Below, one piece after another: positions 31,470 to 47,008 of a DNA stretch of 64,000 bases. The notes below the pieces were generated by a model, which was not told where the DNA came from, did not search any database, and saw only the letters and a program-made list of their open reading frames with translations. Each line of letters begins with the position of its first letter. The stretch's first letter is position 1. A program made the translations under genes and the position numbers. Source of the stretch: Flaccisagitta enflata (taxonomy: Eukaryota); the NCBI GenBank assembly GCA_965153355.1, contig OZ231126.1, positions 41,664,001-41,728,000 on the forward strand. The letters run 5' to 3'.

Positions 31470-34193
31470 CTTCAAAATTTGTTCACAACACATTTTCAAG
31501 CCCGACAAACTTTCAAGCCCGACAGCAGGGACGTCATGTGATGTCCCTGAAGTCCCTTGCCATATATCGCTGCTTATTAAAAATATTGTGCACAGGCATT
31601 TTAAAAATAAACATTTAATTCTTCTTCTTCCCTCTTCTTCTCCTTCTTCTTCTTCTTCCCTCTTCTTCTTCTTCCCTCTTTTTTTTCTTCTTCTTCTTCT
31701 TTTTCTTATCCTTCTTCTTCCTTCTTCTTCTTTTCCTTCTTCTTCCCTCTTTTTCTTGTTCCTTCTTCTTCTCTTTCTTCCCTCTTCTTCTTCTCCTTCT
31801 TATTTCTCTCTTCTTGCTCTCCTTCCTCTTCTTCTTCTTCTTCTTTTCTTACTATTCCCTCTTTTTGATACCCTATGTTTTATATTTTTTTTTCATTTTC
31901 TACCTCTTTTTTCCCTTCTTTGTTCTTGTACACTTCTTCTTCTTCCTCCCTCTTCTTCTTCCTCCTTCTTCCTCTTCCCCCTCTTCTTCTCATTCTTCCT
32001 CTATTCCTTCCCTCATCCTCTTATTCCCTCTTCTAATTCTAGTGAAAACAGCATTTTTTTAAGACAATGTGCCAATTTATGCTACTCTGCTTTACAAACT
32101 GCACGTTGCTGCTTCTTCTTCTTCTTCTTCTTTCTTCTTCTTCTTCCCTCTTCTCTTCTTCTTGTTTTTATTCTTCTTCTTCTTTTTCTTCTCTTCCTTT
32201 TCTTCTCCTTCTTCCTCTTCTTTTCTCTTATTTATGAACCCAACATTTGTTTTGCTCTCTTTTTTCCTGATTTACTTGAACAATCAACATCTTATATCAT
32301 CGTCCTCCTCCTCCCTCCTCCTCCCTCCTCCCTCCTCCTCCTCTACCCCCACCACAACAAGATATCTAATACAACATTTATGTAGTGTTGCTATTCATCA
32401 AGGGTTTCATGTTATTATAATGAAAGCAAATCTAGTTATTTAAGCAACTTAGATGAAATTTTACTTCATTGGCGATATGAAATGAAGCTCTATATTTCGT
32501 TAAAAATGGCCGTAAAAAAAGTATCGTCGAGTATCCGTCCTAATTTTTTTTGTGGAGCTTCCTAACTACCTAATTAATGAATGCATAAAAAGAAAAAGGG
32601 GGACAAGGGGGGTACCTGACCCCTAAAAATACAAAATATTGACCTCCTAGAGGGGTTTCAAGTAGTTATTTCTTTGTTATTTACGTACCTTTGATTAAGT
32701 ATAACTCCGCAAAAAATCACTTTCTGGCCAAAACAAAATTAGTTTTAGACAGCCCTAGGTGTCCTTTAACTACCCTGAAAATTTCAGCAGGTTTGGAGAA
32801 AGTCAGTTTTTTGCTCTTTTTCCCCCTCCTCCTCATTTTGGGTGGTTTGGGTGGTTTGGGTGGTTCCCGATATGCTGGGTCGCCCAAATTTTGGGTTTCT
32901 ATTTTTTTGGTCCTAGATAGTATTCTGATTGAAAAAATCAGATTGATTCATCATTTTTAATACTATTTTTAACGATTTGGAATTTTGAGCAAAAGGAAGC
33001 ACAAAGTGAAAAAGGCATTCTAGTGCGTCGCGAGTCCGTTTATACCTCTGCGTACACGCGGTTTGGCAGTGAAGCGATAAGTGTGAAAGCTTCAGTCATT
33101 GTGCGATTCTTAAGCCATACACAAATTTGGAAGTTAATTGACGATCGTTCATCAGAGTTACACTTTTAGGCATCAATTCATGCGGACAAAACCGTCCAGT
33201 GTCTCTCCCGTGTCAACTAACGTCGTCTCATTAATAGAATAAGAGAAACTAAGTATTTTTCTCAAAGAAGAAAAAAACAGGAAGACGTTTGCTAATTCCA
33301 CGATTGAATCAAACAGAGGGACAGATTCATACTATCTAGGCGGAAAAAAATCTTTCGGTACTTTTACATGCATATCTCAGATTAGAATCAACCAATCGTC
33401 AAAAAATTGGTGAGATTACTAAAGCTCTTCAAATTTGCAAGAGATTGCCGCAAACCGCATCCCTCTAGCTCTATGCGTTAAAAAGCTATTCAACTTTCAT
33501 TGAAATATTTCAGTTTCACTTTTGCTATTTCTCAACAATCTTCTGATGATATCATTTCACTCTTTTTTTGATTACTTCTAAATGCCTTGAGCTAGACAGG
33601 TGCTTTTTGCGTTGCCAGCTTGCAAATTCGAAGGGCTTCATTTAGGTCACCGATTTTTCTATGATTCGATGATTCTTTTGAAAGCTGTGTGTCTAAATTT
33701 AGCAAAAGAATAGACAAAAAAAAATCACGAGAAAGATCTGGAAAGCCTTCACTCCTGTTTAACTCGAACAGCTCTACAAATCGCTTCCGAAACAAATGGC
33801 TCCTCTCATTCAGTCAAAGGGAGCTCACATTAATTATTGATGGATTTGTAATTGATTTGTACGCATTTTTACGCAATTGAATATGTTTTTGTTTCAGGAC
33901 GAAAGATTTTTTCCGCCTAGATAGTAGATAGAATGACAAATAGAAAAAGATAGAAAATGAAAAAGATGATGGAGAGTTGAGAAATCCGAGGAAAAGTAAT
34001 AAAAAAGATGATTTTTTTTTAAATGATCAGGCTGCGTGACGTAATTCTGTGAATATAATCTTTCGTATCGTAACAGCGTCACGTGATTTGTTGTAATTTA
34101 TCGCACACATGATTCCGTTTTCCTCTTTCATTCAAGATGTTGTGACGTTACGCACTAATGCACGTGACTTTTACCGCTACATCCTCTCAATAA

Positions 34194-34445
<252 letters not shown>

Positions 34446-35250
34446 GTGCGTGTGTGCGTGCATGCGTGTGTGCTCTCACTTCAAAAAAGTTACCGACCGA
34501 CGGCAAGTTCTAAGGCCGCGGATCCGCTACTAACAAGTGACGCGGGGTCACAATATCGTTGCGGACGGGTGGGCAGGGGCATCCAACCCCCATCCACACC
34601 CTGCCCCCCCACACACACAACACCCAAAAACACATCTAAAATGCTGTTTTTCCACTTTTCGACTTTTCACGGACCGAGGGACGGATCGACGGATGGACGG
34701 GACGGACAAAGCCTCTTATAGAGTTGCGTGTCCGCAACTAAAACAAGGCCAACACCTTACAGTCGCGTGCGGTTGTTAAGACCATAAGACCAAAAGACTA
34801 AAACACTAAAACACTACTTAAAATGACTTAAAATGACGTAATACGTCAAAAAAAGCTAAGCGTGACTGACGGACGGATGGACCGACCGACCGAGAGACGG
34901 AAAGAGCGGGTCATAGAGTCGCGTGCACGCGACTAAAAATGAAAGCGGCAGAAAGTTGATCGCTCCCTCATCCCTGTGCCCAACCATCAACCACCCAGCA
35001 GATCACCATAATATGTTCAAGAAAGCCGTCATAGAAGAGGGTTTGACTTTTAGAATGGCGCGTGGCAGTAGGCGTTCCAACTCGCCTACGGGATATTCAG
35101 AAAATGCCGGTTAATGGCTTCGTTTATTGCCAGCAAGCCATAGAAAATCACCTAATTGAACCATATGTAAAATAGATCAGTTTCGTCGTGAGGGCGGTCT
35201 ATTCATTTCTCTGTCTCTGTCTCTCTCACTCGATCGCTCTCTGTCTGTCC

Positions 35251-35347
<97 letters not shown>

Positions 35348-38300
35348 GGCCAACGATACGACCTCTTGGAGTAAATGAGCTCATTTGAATGAATGTCCTG
35401 AATAGATTTTTTAAAAAAGAATGAATTAATGAATGAATGAATGAACGAATGAATAAATGAGTAGAATGGAATTCACATTCGAAAAGTGTCCTCGTTTCCT
35501 TCTTACGCAGTATCCAGCAAAAAAGAATTGGAACACAGCTTCTGAGCATACGATCCTTAAAGCAAAGGAAAAATTTAGGAATATTAAAAGAAATTGAATT
35601 TCATTATCTTTTCTTACGCAATGAAAATTTATGCGAAAAACTGTCAAAAACGAATTCTCTCCCCATTCAAGTTATGGAAAAATCCACTTGGTGATGTTTT
35701 TCATGCTTCCTCGGTTTCTAACTTGAGTTTGTCTTCACAACGCGTCCAAAATCAAAAAAAAAGTTTCCTGGAATTATCTGTCAAATAGTTTTAACTTCCC
35801 ATGTGTTTATTAAACATTAACTGATGAAGCGATGTAATTGAGGAGTAAAAATTTGTCATTATTGATAGTTGTTAAAACGCCATGATTTGCCTCCGTCGAT
35901 TTGCTCCTTTCATGTCGTTTTTAGTCACGTGCTTCGCGACTCTACACCCCGCTTGGTCGTTCCGTCGATCCGTCAGTCCGTCCGACTGTCGTTCCGTCGA
36001 TCCGTCAGTCCGTCCGACGGTTGGTCCATCCGTCCGTCACGCTTTACTTTTATTTTTGGGGGGGGGGGGGTTGAGGTCTTTGGCGTCACTGCACCTGCCA
36101 AAATGACCCAAATACCGCAAATACAGCCCCTGCCCACCTGCACGCAACTTGGGTAGCCGTGTATCTGGCCTTGTTGTAAACTTTCAAATGTTTAGCAATG
36201 AGGCGATGGGATTTGTTTCTCCCGCGACACTGGTTGCAGTGAGACTCCACTGTATTATGCAAAGGTGTTCCTGACAAACAGCCCAATAATCCAACAGAAA
36301 TGTAGTACATAAATATCGGATGGGACACAAACAACTCTCCGTCACAATAGAATCTGTGTGAAAGGAAATAGTCCTCTTAATTCATTCGTTGACTTTCTCT
36401 CGTTCCCTTTCCATTATGATAGAAAAACAAGGCCATCTCCTTTAAGTCGCGTGCGCTCGATTTAATCGCCAGCATCAAATTTGACCTCATAGAATTGCTG
36501 ATTTTCGGGACTGAAACACTTTTTAACCATTTTCATCCCCTTATGACTTTTTACAATTGTTTTGACCCTTTCTAACGCTATAAAAATTGCTCTCATCGTC
36601 TTTAACACTAAATTGTGACAAACCGAAGGACAGGCCGACTAACCAACTGACCGCCCGACAATGCGAGGAAACTCGCGATTAAAAACCATGCATCTGAGAG
36701 ACAGGCAGAGAAAGAGACAGCCTGAGACGGATAGAGGCCGAGACAGACCGACGAACTGACAGCCAGACAAACAGACGAAAGTTTTAGGACAGAGGATATG
36801 AGAGGCTCATAACTAGGTAGAATGCGATATCACTGCTTTTATTAGTACTATCTTGCTAAAAAGTATATCGACAAGAGGAAATACAGCCCATCTATTCATC
36901 AATAAATGCATCAAACATTTGTAAAATACAAGTATTATCATGTGCGACCTCTCTGGGCATTAACTAAGGCGTATTTGAGCTTCGGCATGCTTACATCAAG
37001 TGATTGAAGGTTAGGTGGTGTAATATTCTTACACACCATGAGAATGTACTTTTATGTCTTGGCGTCGTCATCGTCATTACATGGTCCTTTGACCCAAACA
37101 CTCTCATGGGGTCACTCGACCCTTTCCCACGCTGATCGTCCTCGTATCTCTTTATATCTATCTCTCGAGTCTCGGCGTTCTTGAAACCAGAAGGCAACTG
37201 ATAATTCTTTTTAGATGCGTCCTCGCATCTTTTTAATAGACTGTGGGGGTTTTTGCATTGGCAAAATTATCAAGATATTACATAGGGAATATCTAGATAA
37301 TATCTTGATAATACGCCCAATGCGAAAACTCCTTGTGTCCGTTGGTTGGTCGGTTGGTCGGTCGGTCGGTAACGCATTCATTAAAAACATCATAATCATG
37401 CATCTTTTTAACAGAAAAGTGGTCCTTACCCAGTAAAAGTAGCATACATTTAGCAATTCAGTCTTTCATAAATGACATTAGTTCATAAAAGAAAACATTC
37501 TTTCATAAAAAAACATTCATTCTTAAAAAACATTCATTCACAAAAAAACATTTATTCTTCTTCTCTTTCCTCTGATAGAAAACATGAAGGGGGTTTAGAA
37601 TGGAGTAAGGAGGGGGGTAGGGGAATTTGAACACCAAGTCTTGCTTTTAAATAAGTCCAACTTTTAAAAATGGTCCAATAGCCGACAAAATCAAAGGGGA
37701 ATACACCAAACTGTGTTTCACAGTGACTTTCCTCTTTAATCCATTCTTATCACGAAGGTAACAATAAAATAAAGCTTTTTTTTCCTTTCCTCGTGCGAGC
37801 GGAAGCATTGCTCCTGGGTGATAAATAAGTAAGTGTCGCCATAAAGCAACTACCTGGTCGACGAACTGATTGTCTGGCATGGCAATTGCCGCTGAAGGTG
37901 TGGTTAATGTGTCAGTACGAACGTATGCGCTTTGAGTGTGTGCGCGCGCTTACGTATATGCGTGAAGATGCCTACAAGAATGGCCTCGGAAACACCAAAT
38001 CTCTCGGTATTATGAGGTGTCATTAGGAGAGAGAGTGAAGGAAATGTCGGCAGCGCGGCTCACCTCAGCGCGCCGTCTCCCCCGCGGCACAACCATCAAT
38101 ACGAATAGAGGAATAGAACGAGAAAGAAAGAATCACCGGTAAAGCTGCGCCAAACGACAATCATATAATATTAACGCCACGATGACGCTTTTCAGCGTTG
38201 CGCCTGTAAAACGGGCTAAAAAGCCTTTTGTGGATATCCCTTGGGAGATAAAATGAATGAGGAAGGGGGTGAGGAGGGGAATTAGTGAGGAAGCAGAACA

Positions 38301-38489
38301 AGAAGTGTAGGAAGGAAAGTGAGTTAATTTCCAACTTTTGAAAATGAATTCTAAACAAAAAAGGTTAAAAAATGGGGTGGGGATAGACAGTCTAAAACTA
38401 AAGTAAAGGAGCGTGGAAAGTCTATGTCTATGTCTGTGTCTGTGTCTTTGTAGACATGCTTAAGTTCGTTTTCAATGATGAATAATACG

Positions 38490-39888
38490 TATTACTCGAA
38501 CTAGCAGTGAATTTTTTCTACTGCTAGCAGATAGCATTTTTGAAATTTTTTGCTAGCACTGCAAGCAAAAAGTAGCAGATAGAGATATAATAGTTTACCA
38601 GATCAGAAGGCACCAAAAGAGTAGACATGTGTCAAGGAGATTATAGACTTAGACTATGGACCATATGAAGGCTTTGCCCCTCCCAAAACTCTCTTTCCCT
38701 TATTTTTCTATAGTGAGCAAACTGCTCACTTTTAAGGGGCGGCATTCGCAATCCCCTCTACATTTACCTGGCCTGATTTTAGAATTAGGGCTGTGATGTA
38801 AAGCGCACCACGTGCGAGAGTGGTGATGGCTAAGTAAGTTCTCGCTTCTCATCCAAGTTTTACAAGGCCCAAGAGAGGCTCAGGAGAGGGACCTGGCCAA
38901 GGGCTCTCACCTTGTTGGCGAGCTAGGCCTCAGAGCCGCCATCTTGCATCTTCCACCAGGCCAAAATTTTAACTTTAAAAATGAATTTATTTCGAAGGCT
39001 AAGGTGATATTTTTTTTTTTATTTTTCCTTCTAATAAAACAAAACCTAGTTAAGAAATTGAATGATTTTTATACTTATTCCTTCATACTTGCATATTTGC
39101 GAGGTTTTTTGCGGCTTTTCTTTAGCTATCAAGATAGCGAAGTGTTTTATGCTAAAAAAGGTTCATTTCTTGTATAAAGAAGTTTTTGGCGTGCATGATA
39201 AAAAAAACTGCAATATGCAAATGAGGTTTTTATCCACATAGACGAGAAATGAAATAGTAGTGATTCGAGGAATGTGAAATTACCTGCGCAAGTGTTGCCA
39301 CAGGATTCTTTCTTGGTTCCTCTCTACCTTCCCTCCTTCCTTCCTTCCTTCCTTTCTTCCTTCTTTCCTTCCTTCCATCCTTTCTGGCCCTTTTTCCTTC
39401 ATTATCCCCCCCTCGCTGGCCGCAACTGCTGCACTTTGGCGATTGCCTGCCGCGTACCATTGATACCATGCTACACAGAATCAGCAACTCTGAGTCTTTC
39501 TTTAGAACAGTGGTTCCCAATGTAAGATCTTAAAAAAATCAAGTTAAAAGTCTTGTTTTCTTTTGAAAAAGTAACTTTTGATAACAATTCTCTAACATTT
39601 GTGTAAACAAGGCCGGATACACGGCCAATACCAGTTGCGGACGGGTGGGTAGGGGCGGAAATACGCGTTTTCGCAATTTCTCAACTCGATCACCCCTACG
39701 GACCAAACAACTGACTGACCGACCGACAGACGGACGGACAAAGCCTCTTATGGAGTTGCTAGTCCGCGACTAAGAAGGCTCAAAATTTCTGCTATTTTCT
39801 GCTAGCAGCTAAAAAATTTCTGCTAGCAGAGCAGTTGCAATTTCTGCTAGCAGCTCTGCTAGCAGATTGCCTGCTAGTTCGAGTACTA
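38490..39888. mobile_element. hAT-like MITE with nested repeats
   Basis: Inverted ends TATTACTCGAACTAGCAG and CTGCTAGTTCGAGTACTA; subterminal CTGCTAGCAG palindromic repeats; TSD degenerate. Confidence 0.55.
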
Positions 39889-41193
39889 ATTTTAATACGC
39901 CATAGCATTTTACATTTTTACATTTTACACTTGCCTGTTTTTGTAGTGGATCAATATTATTCAAAACTAGGTCATATTTTACCCTAAGAAGTGGTTCAAA
40001 ATCTTATCAGTTTTCAAAGCCATTCGGTCGGTCGGTCGGTCGGTCGGTTGGTCGGTCGGTAGGTCACATTTTTGAATTACCAGTGGTTTTCACATTACTG
40101 CTCCTGCCCAACCGTCCGCGACTCGATTGCCGTGTATCCGGCCTAGTTTTACCCCTCAGGCCAGCTCCAAATTGTTCTAAGTTTCCTTAAGTGTCATTTA
40201 CTAGAGGCACTCCACATAACGAGAGAAAAAAAGTTAAAAATGTTTTATTGAAACCTAATTTTTAGTCGCGTGCACGCGACTCTTCAACCTGTTTTGTCCG
40301 TCGGTCGGTCGGTCGGTTGGTCGGTCACATTTTACTTTTTTTTATGATTTTAATTCTTTGACCTCACTGCTCCTATCCAAATGGTCTAGTGACCTCAAAT
40401 ATGGCCCCTGCCTACCCGCACGCGACTTCGGTTGCCGTGTATCTGGCCTTGTTGTTTTTTTTTTTATGAAAATAGCCTTTTTTAGCACAAAAAAAAACAT
40501 TTCTAATTTTTTTTTCCCAAATTTGGTCATAATGAACGTCACATTCTTGTTCTAAATCCTTTTTAGGACCCCTGTGCAAAAATCTGTGATGGGTCCATCT
40601 TTCTATTTCTTTTAGTTTAGAAATTTGCAACTCGGTTTTTTGACCAGTCAGCGCTCAGCATTCATTTCTTGGATATGTTTGGAAAAAGCGGAAATAGGTA
40701 GCAAAAGGTTGGGGGTTTTCATATGGAAGTAGGTTTGTTTCCAAAGTTGTGTAATGGAATTCTGACGGAACAAAACTGGTTGTTGTTTTTTTCTTTACAT
40801 GCGTCCGCACATGTCTGCAAGAGGTCATGTTCGTCCGTCTGTCGGTCAATTGGTCTGTTTTTAGGTAATGCTTACATAAAAAAAACACACGTGAAATGGG
40901 CGATCTGAACATTTATCATGCCTTCTCACATTCATCTTTCGATTAATCTTTCCTCTAAAATTCATATATTCATTCATTCTTTCTTTTCCCATGTATTGGC
41001 CTAAACTTGGCCTCGTTTTTGTTTGAAAGATGAATTTATCTTTTAGCTTTACGGCGCTGTTCGGCTGTTCTCAGTTCTCACACATTTCACATTCTAGATA
41101 TTTCTTGAATACGGGAAATTTTCACCGCCTAAAAATAACCCCATCACCGGATACGGCGTCATGAGACGTGGTTGGAATAGAACAGGTCATTGT

Positions 41194-41470
<277 letters not shown>

Positions 41471-41966
41471 TTTGTGTGAGTTTGTTTGTCAGTGTGTCTG
41501 AGGGAGTTAAGTGAAAACTCATGTACATATGCTAGGAGCTGATATTTGAGATGCAATATATAGAGTCAAAGATAGACTTGAACGTTCATATTTTTAGAAC
41601 TTTTTTACGATTGGAAGGCAAATCACGGAAAAAAACGGAAATGGTTTCTAACCGAGATTGTGTCCCTTTTCTACCTAAGGAGGAGGAGGAGGAGGAGAAG
41701 AATGAAGAATAAAGACGGATGATGGATGGTAAAAGGGGCAAAAGGGACCTGACCTAATTCCGTGGCACGTCGCATAGAAATCACACCATATGGTGCCATG
41801 GCATCCATACCGCAGTATTACTAATAGTAGCAATGGCCCTAGGGAATGACTGGTTTTTGCGTGGCGAAGGAGTGTAAAAAATTATCCACTTTCCAAACGT
41901 TGTTTGATGTAATCCGCAGATCTGCTCCGTCTTCAAGCACATAGCATGCTTCCTATCACTCACAAA

Positions 41967-42168
<202 letters not shown>

Positions 42169-43929
42169 CTGTCTCATTTCCTCCTTTTAAGGTGAACTTC
42201 CGGCGCATTTCGATGTCTGTCATTCTCTCTGCAGGATCTCGGTTCTGCTAGCTAAAGCAGACAACCTCCCTCCTTTCCTTATGTCAAATAAAACATTTTA
42301 TTTTACCTGCAAATCTCAATTGATTTCGTTCCTCCTCGTTGCAGGTTGCTCTATACATATATTTATACATATATTTATTCATCTTGAGTGTTGACAGATA
42401 CAAACCACAACAAACCAACTAAAAACTACAGCTAACAGAACTACGCGTTTTCTTGGATAGTTGTAGCGCATGGTTCCGCGAACGACTATGTTATTGATCT
42501 CCCGATGAACAAAGTCTACTCAAATACAAAAATATGTAGAATTTTCTGCTTTTAAAATCAGATTTTTTACGCATGCATTGGCATTATATGTATTAACGGA
42601 ATGCAAGTTGACGACCACAATCAAATCTGAACATATATCATCATATGTTTGCTTTCAACTTCGAATTTTGTTTTGATTTATCTTCGTTTCGTTTCTGTTT
42701 GAAGCTTACGTGTAGTCTGGAGGCGTGAAAACTTAATTCCTCCTCTTTATTTCCCCAATTTCGACGAGAATATGAGTTGAAGTTGACGTGACTGGTCATG
42801 ACCCTGTCTGAACTCGTCTTCCGCTCTCAAGCAAAGCGTCCATCGCAGTCAAAGAGAACGCGTGACCATGTCCCTTACACGCTTCGTTTGCCGCGCCCTG
42901 AGGAACATCTGACCTTGTCTGAGCCGCATTCGCCCCCTCAACCATGTTCCCGCATGCGCCAAGTTTGCCATAGTCTGAGGATTGCGGGACCTTGGCCAAG
43001 TTCTTACCTTTTAAGAGCCGCATCGATCGCATCTGCCACGTTTAGTTGGTCATGTTCGCGGCATCTTTGTTAGTCTTGAGATATAATTGCATGAACTTGT
43101 CCGCTTCTCGCTCTTTTAGTTAAAAATCTTAACCAAACTGCTTCCCACTTAGTTCAAAGCTTCTACAAGCTTCCAACAACAAAAGTGGATTTCATTTCCG
43201 TTTTCTTAACATGCTGTAATTCTACTGTTTTTATATCCATTGTGTTATTGATACTTTACATTGGATTTTTGGCTTATTTGTGACTCATCCGGAAAATAAC
43301 TAAACGTGAGATCAACTGTATTCGCGTAGCGTAGATACCCAGTAAAAACACTCATTTCATTTCATAAGCTACATCTGCGGCGTTTTGCCATATTTGTCGC
43401 AACTGCCATGTTTGAGGGTGAGGATTGCACTACTTTGTCCGTGTTCTCGCCTTACAAGCCTCGTTCGCCGCATCTGTGGTGTTTACCATGTTAGCCGCAT
43501 CCGCCTTAGCCTCTGGATCTTAGTTCTGAGGTCCTTCTTTAAGAGCCGCGATGTTCGCCGCGTCTGACGCAGTCAAAGATCACGCCACGACGTCCTCCAG
43601 GGCTGTCCAGCTGACGTCTTCAACTGACGAGAGGCCGTCCAGCGGAAGAAGTTGAGAAACTGAGGAAGGGTCGTGAACCGCCTTTTCATTTAGTGACGTC
43701 TCACGCCGCAGGGTGGCGCCTATGTACTGACATGCCATTTGGATGAGCTTGGGGAGGGATAAGCAGCGTTCATGAAAAAGTTTCCTTGATGTGAGTTCGC
43801 CTGACTCTTTTCCAACTGATAGTAGAAGAGGCACTCACTAACGACTTAAAGCTATGTCTCTATCTGTGTATCCCCATTTCTCCATTTCTCCATTTCTCCA
43901 TTTCTCCATCTGTGCATTCAACCATCTAA

Positions 43930-43997
<68 letters not shown>

Positions 43998-46314
43998 CCT
44001 TGTCCTAGTTTGCATTGATAAATGATTTCGTCCCTTTGTTGACCCACTCGGGCGAATGGGAATAAATGTTGGACGTCCCAGAGTCTAGCTAGATGTGTTC
44101 AATAGGGTGGAAACCAGTTTGCAGTTGAGGATGAAACTCGGATGGGAGACGTCCACTTTGGGATGCTAACGGACCTAAAGTAGATCAACGTGGTCACAAC
44201 CATAGGGCCAATGCTTTTCGAACATAGCCAGTGGTCAGGGTCTACGCCTATGAATCGCGGATGTGGTAGAAAACCAAAAAGTCGAGCGGGTCCACAAGTG
44301 AGCCTTGTGGATCTTCCAGCTTATGTCCAGGGTGTCACAAAGTGCCCGAGCACGCGAGCGGCGCTCGTAGGAAGCTAGCTAGGCTGGTAGGAAGGGAAGG
44401 GGGGAAGAAGGAGAGAAAGAAAAAAAAGAGGAAGAAGGAAAGAAGAAAAGGAAGGAAAAGGAAGGAAAAGAAAGGAAAAGAAAGGAAGAGGAAGAAGGAA
44501 AGAGGAAGGAAAAAAGAAGGAAGGAAGGAAGGAAGGAAGGAAGGAAGGAAGGAAGGAGAAAAGCAGAAAAAGTGTTGTTTATAAAGAAAGTAAAAAGGAA
44601 GGAAAGAAGGAGAAAAGGAAGGAAAGAAGGAAAGAAGTGAGAGAGGAAGGAAGGAAGGAAAGGAAAAAAAGAAGGGAATAAGGAGAAAAGGAAGGGAGGA
44701 AGGAAGGAAGGGAGAAAGAAGGCAGAAGAAGTTTTTCCCTCTTGTTTACAAAGGAAAGAAGGAAGGAAGGAAGGAAGAAAGGAAGGAAGAAAGGAAGGAA
44801 GGAAGGAAGGAAGGAAGGAAGGAAGGAAGGAAGGAAGGAAAGAAAGAAGGAAGGAAGGAGGGAAAGAAGGGGAAGAGAGGAAGAAAAAGTTTTCCTCTTA
44901 CTGTTGAATGAAGGAAGGAAGAAGAAAAGCAGAAAAAGTTCTGTCCCCTAGTTTATAAAAGAAGGAAGGAAGGAAAGGGCAGAAAGGATTTTTTTAAAGG
45001 AACTCCTGTTTTCAAAGGAAGGAGGGAAGGAACAAAACAAGGAGGGAAAAAAGGGGAAAAGAAGGGAGCAAGGAGGAAGAAAGCCAGAATGTTTTTAGTT
45101 GCAGACACGCAACTCTATGAGAGGCTTTGTCCATCCCTCCGTCTGTCCATCCATGTATTTTGATGAAATTCTAGTTTATACAAATATCATGCCTTAAAAA
45201 TCCCAGCCTCAAGGCTCACAACCCCCGCCTTAGGGCTCAAATCTCAACTTCTGGGTACTGGAATATTGAGCGCCTAGGTGTCTCTACCTAAGGGCCAAAA
45301 AATTCTCTATGATTCCTATCAGCTCAAGCATGGGTAATGGGTGTCTTTTGGGACTGTGTCCCTCTCACCATCTCATTCCTTCATGCACTAACTTAGTGGC
45401 TTTGGGAACCCTTGATCATCTGATACTTTGTGACTAGGTAAATCATGTAACATAAGGCGTTCAACTTGCGGTAATCATACGCATATCCAGTAGGAAGGGA
45501 CAGGTGGAGAATTTTTGCTCGTAGGAAGCAAAAAATTTTGTGACGCCCTGCTTATGTCTTATGTCATAGGAAATATCTCATGCCACTCGTTGCTAGCAAA
45601 AGCGGCTAGTCTCTAAGTCATAGGATAGAATTGCTTTTTCTTCTTTTTGAATTTTTTTTTTAAACGATAAACAGAAAAACATGTCACGGTAGTGTTCGTG
45701 GAAGGAAATGCTACACTGGTTTTGAACTATTTTCATTGGCCACGTCAGGCAAGTACTTTGACTAGCCAGAGGCGGGTTTTTTTAAATCAACTTTAATATC
45801 AAAGTGATTTTATCTATCTCAGATGATTATCGACGAGATTCCCCTCTTACTTCAGCGCTTTGGCGCGCGTAGAGATCAAAGATCACAGATCAAAGACTAT
45901 TTGCTCCGTTTGTTTACGGTCAACTCGACAAATAAAACACGGGTTTTTCTTGACTGAGTCAAGAGAGACTCGTGTTTTAGATCGTACTGCTCACTGTTTT
46001 TCATGACCCGAGTATCTACTTGCCCATTTGCCTAATAGGGTTAAAGAACTCAGGGGGACGGGACCTGAAAATTGGGATATCCCAGAGTGGGACGGCGTCA
46101 ACCTTCAACTGAACAGAAGCACTGAGGCGAACAGACAAAAAGGCAATAGGCTCAGAACAGAAACACCTATAAACGAGAGGGAGGAACAATGACGGCAGAA
46201 CAAACTCCGTGGATTGACAAAGAAGCGGACGGATAGACCGTCCTATAGAGATTCGTTGTCGTATCTAAATAGACACAGCATCGAGTGTATCCATGTGAAC
46301 GGGATCAGGAATTT

Positions 46315-46582
<268 letters not shown>

Positions 46583-46890
46583 ACAACAGTAACTGCATGG
46601 ACAAGGACGGCAACAACGGCGAGGTCGACAAAATAAAACAGTATCAAAAAAAATTCATTAAAAAAAGATAAAAAGTAAAACCACGACGATGACAACGGCC
46701 ATGACGACAAAGACAACCGGTGAAATGAGCAAGCCTTCAGAGTCCAGTATCTACACGACAAGTGGGGAAAATCCGATTAGAAATAGGTTTTCATGTCACG
46801 AGTTTGCTGCAAGTCTGAGCGATTCCTCTTCCAGTCTCTCCCATTCTTTCAAGTGGACACAAAAGCTGATAAGAAGAAGTTACAAAATGG

Positions 46891-47008
<118 letters not shown>

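Noticed and set aside
37780-38250. Unique GC-richer stretch as an enhancer or promoter
   Set aside because: Only short generic motifs; cannot be supported without conservation or chromatin data.
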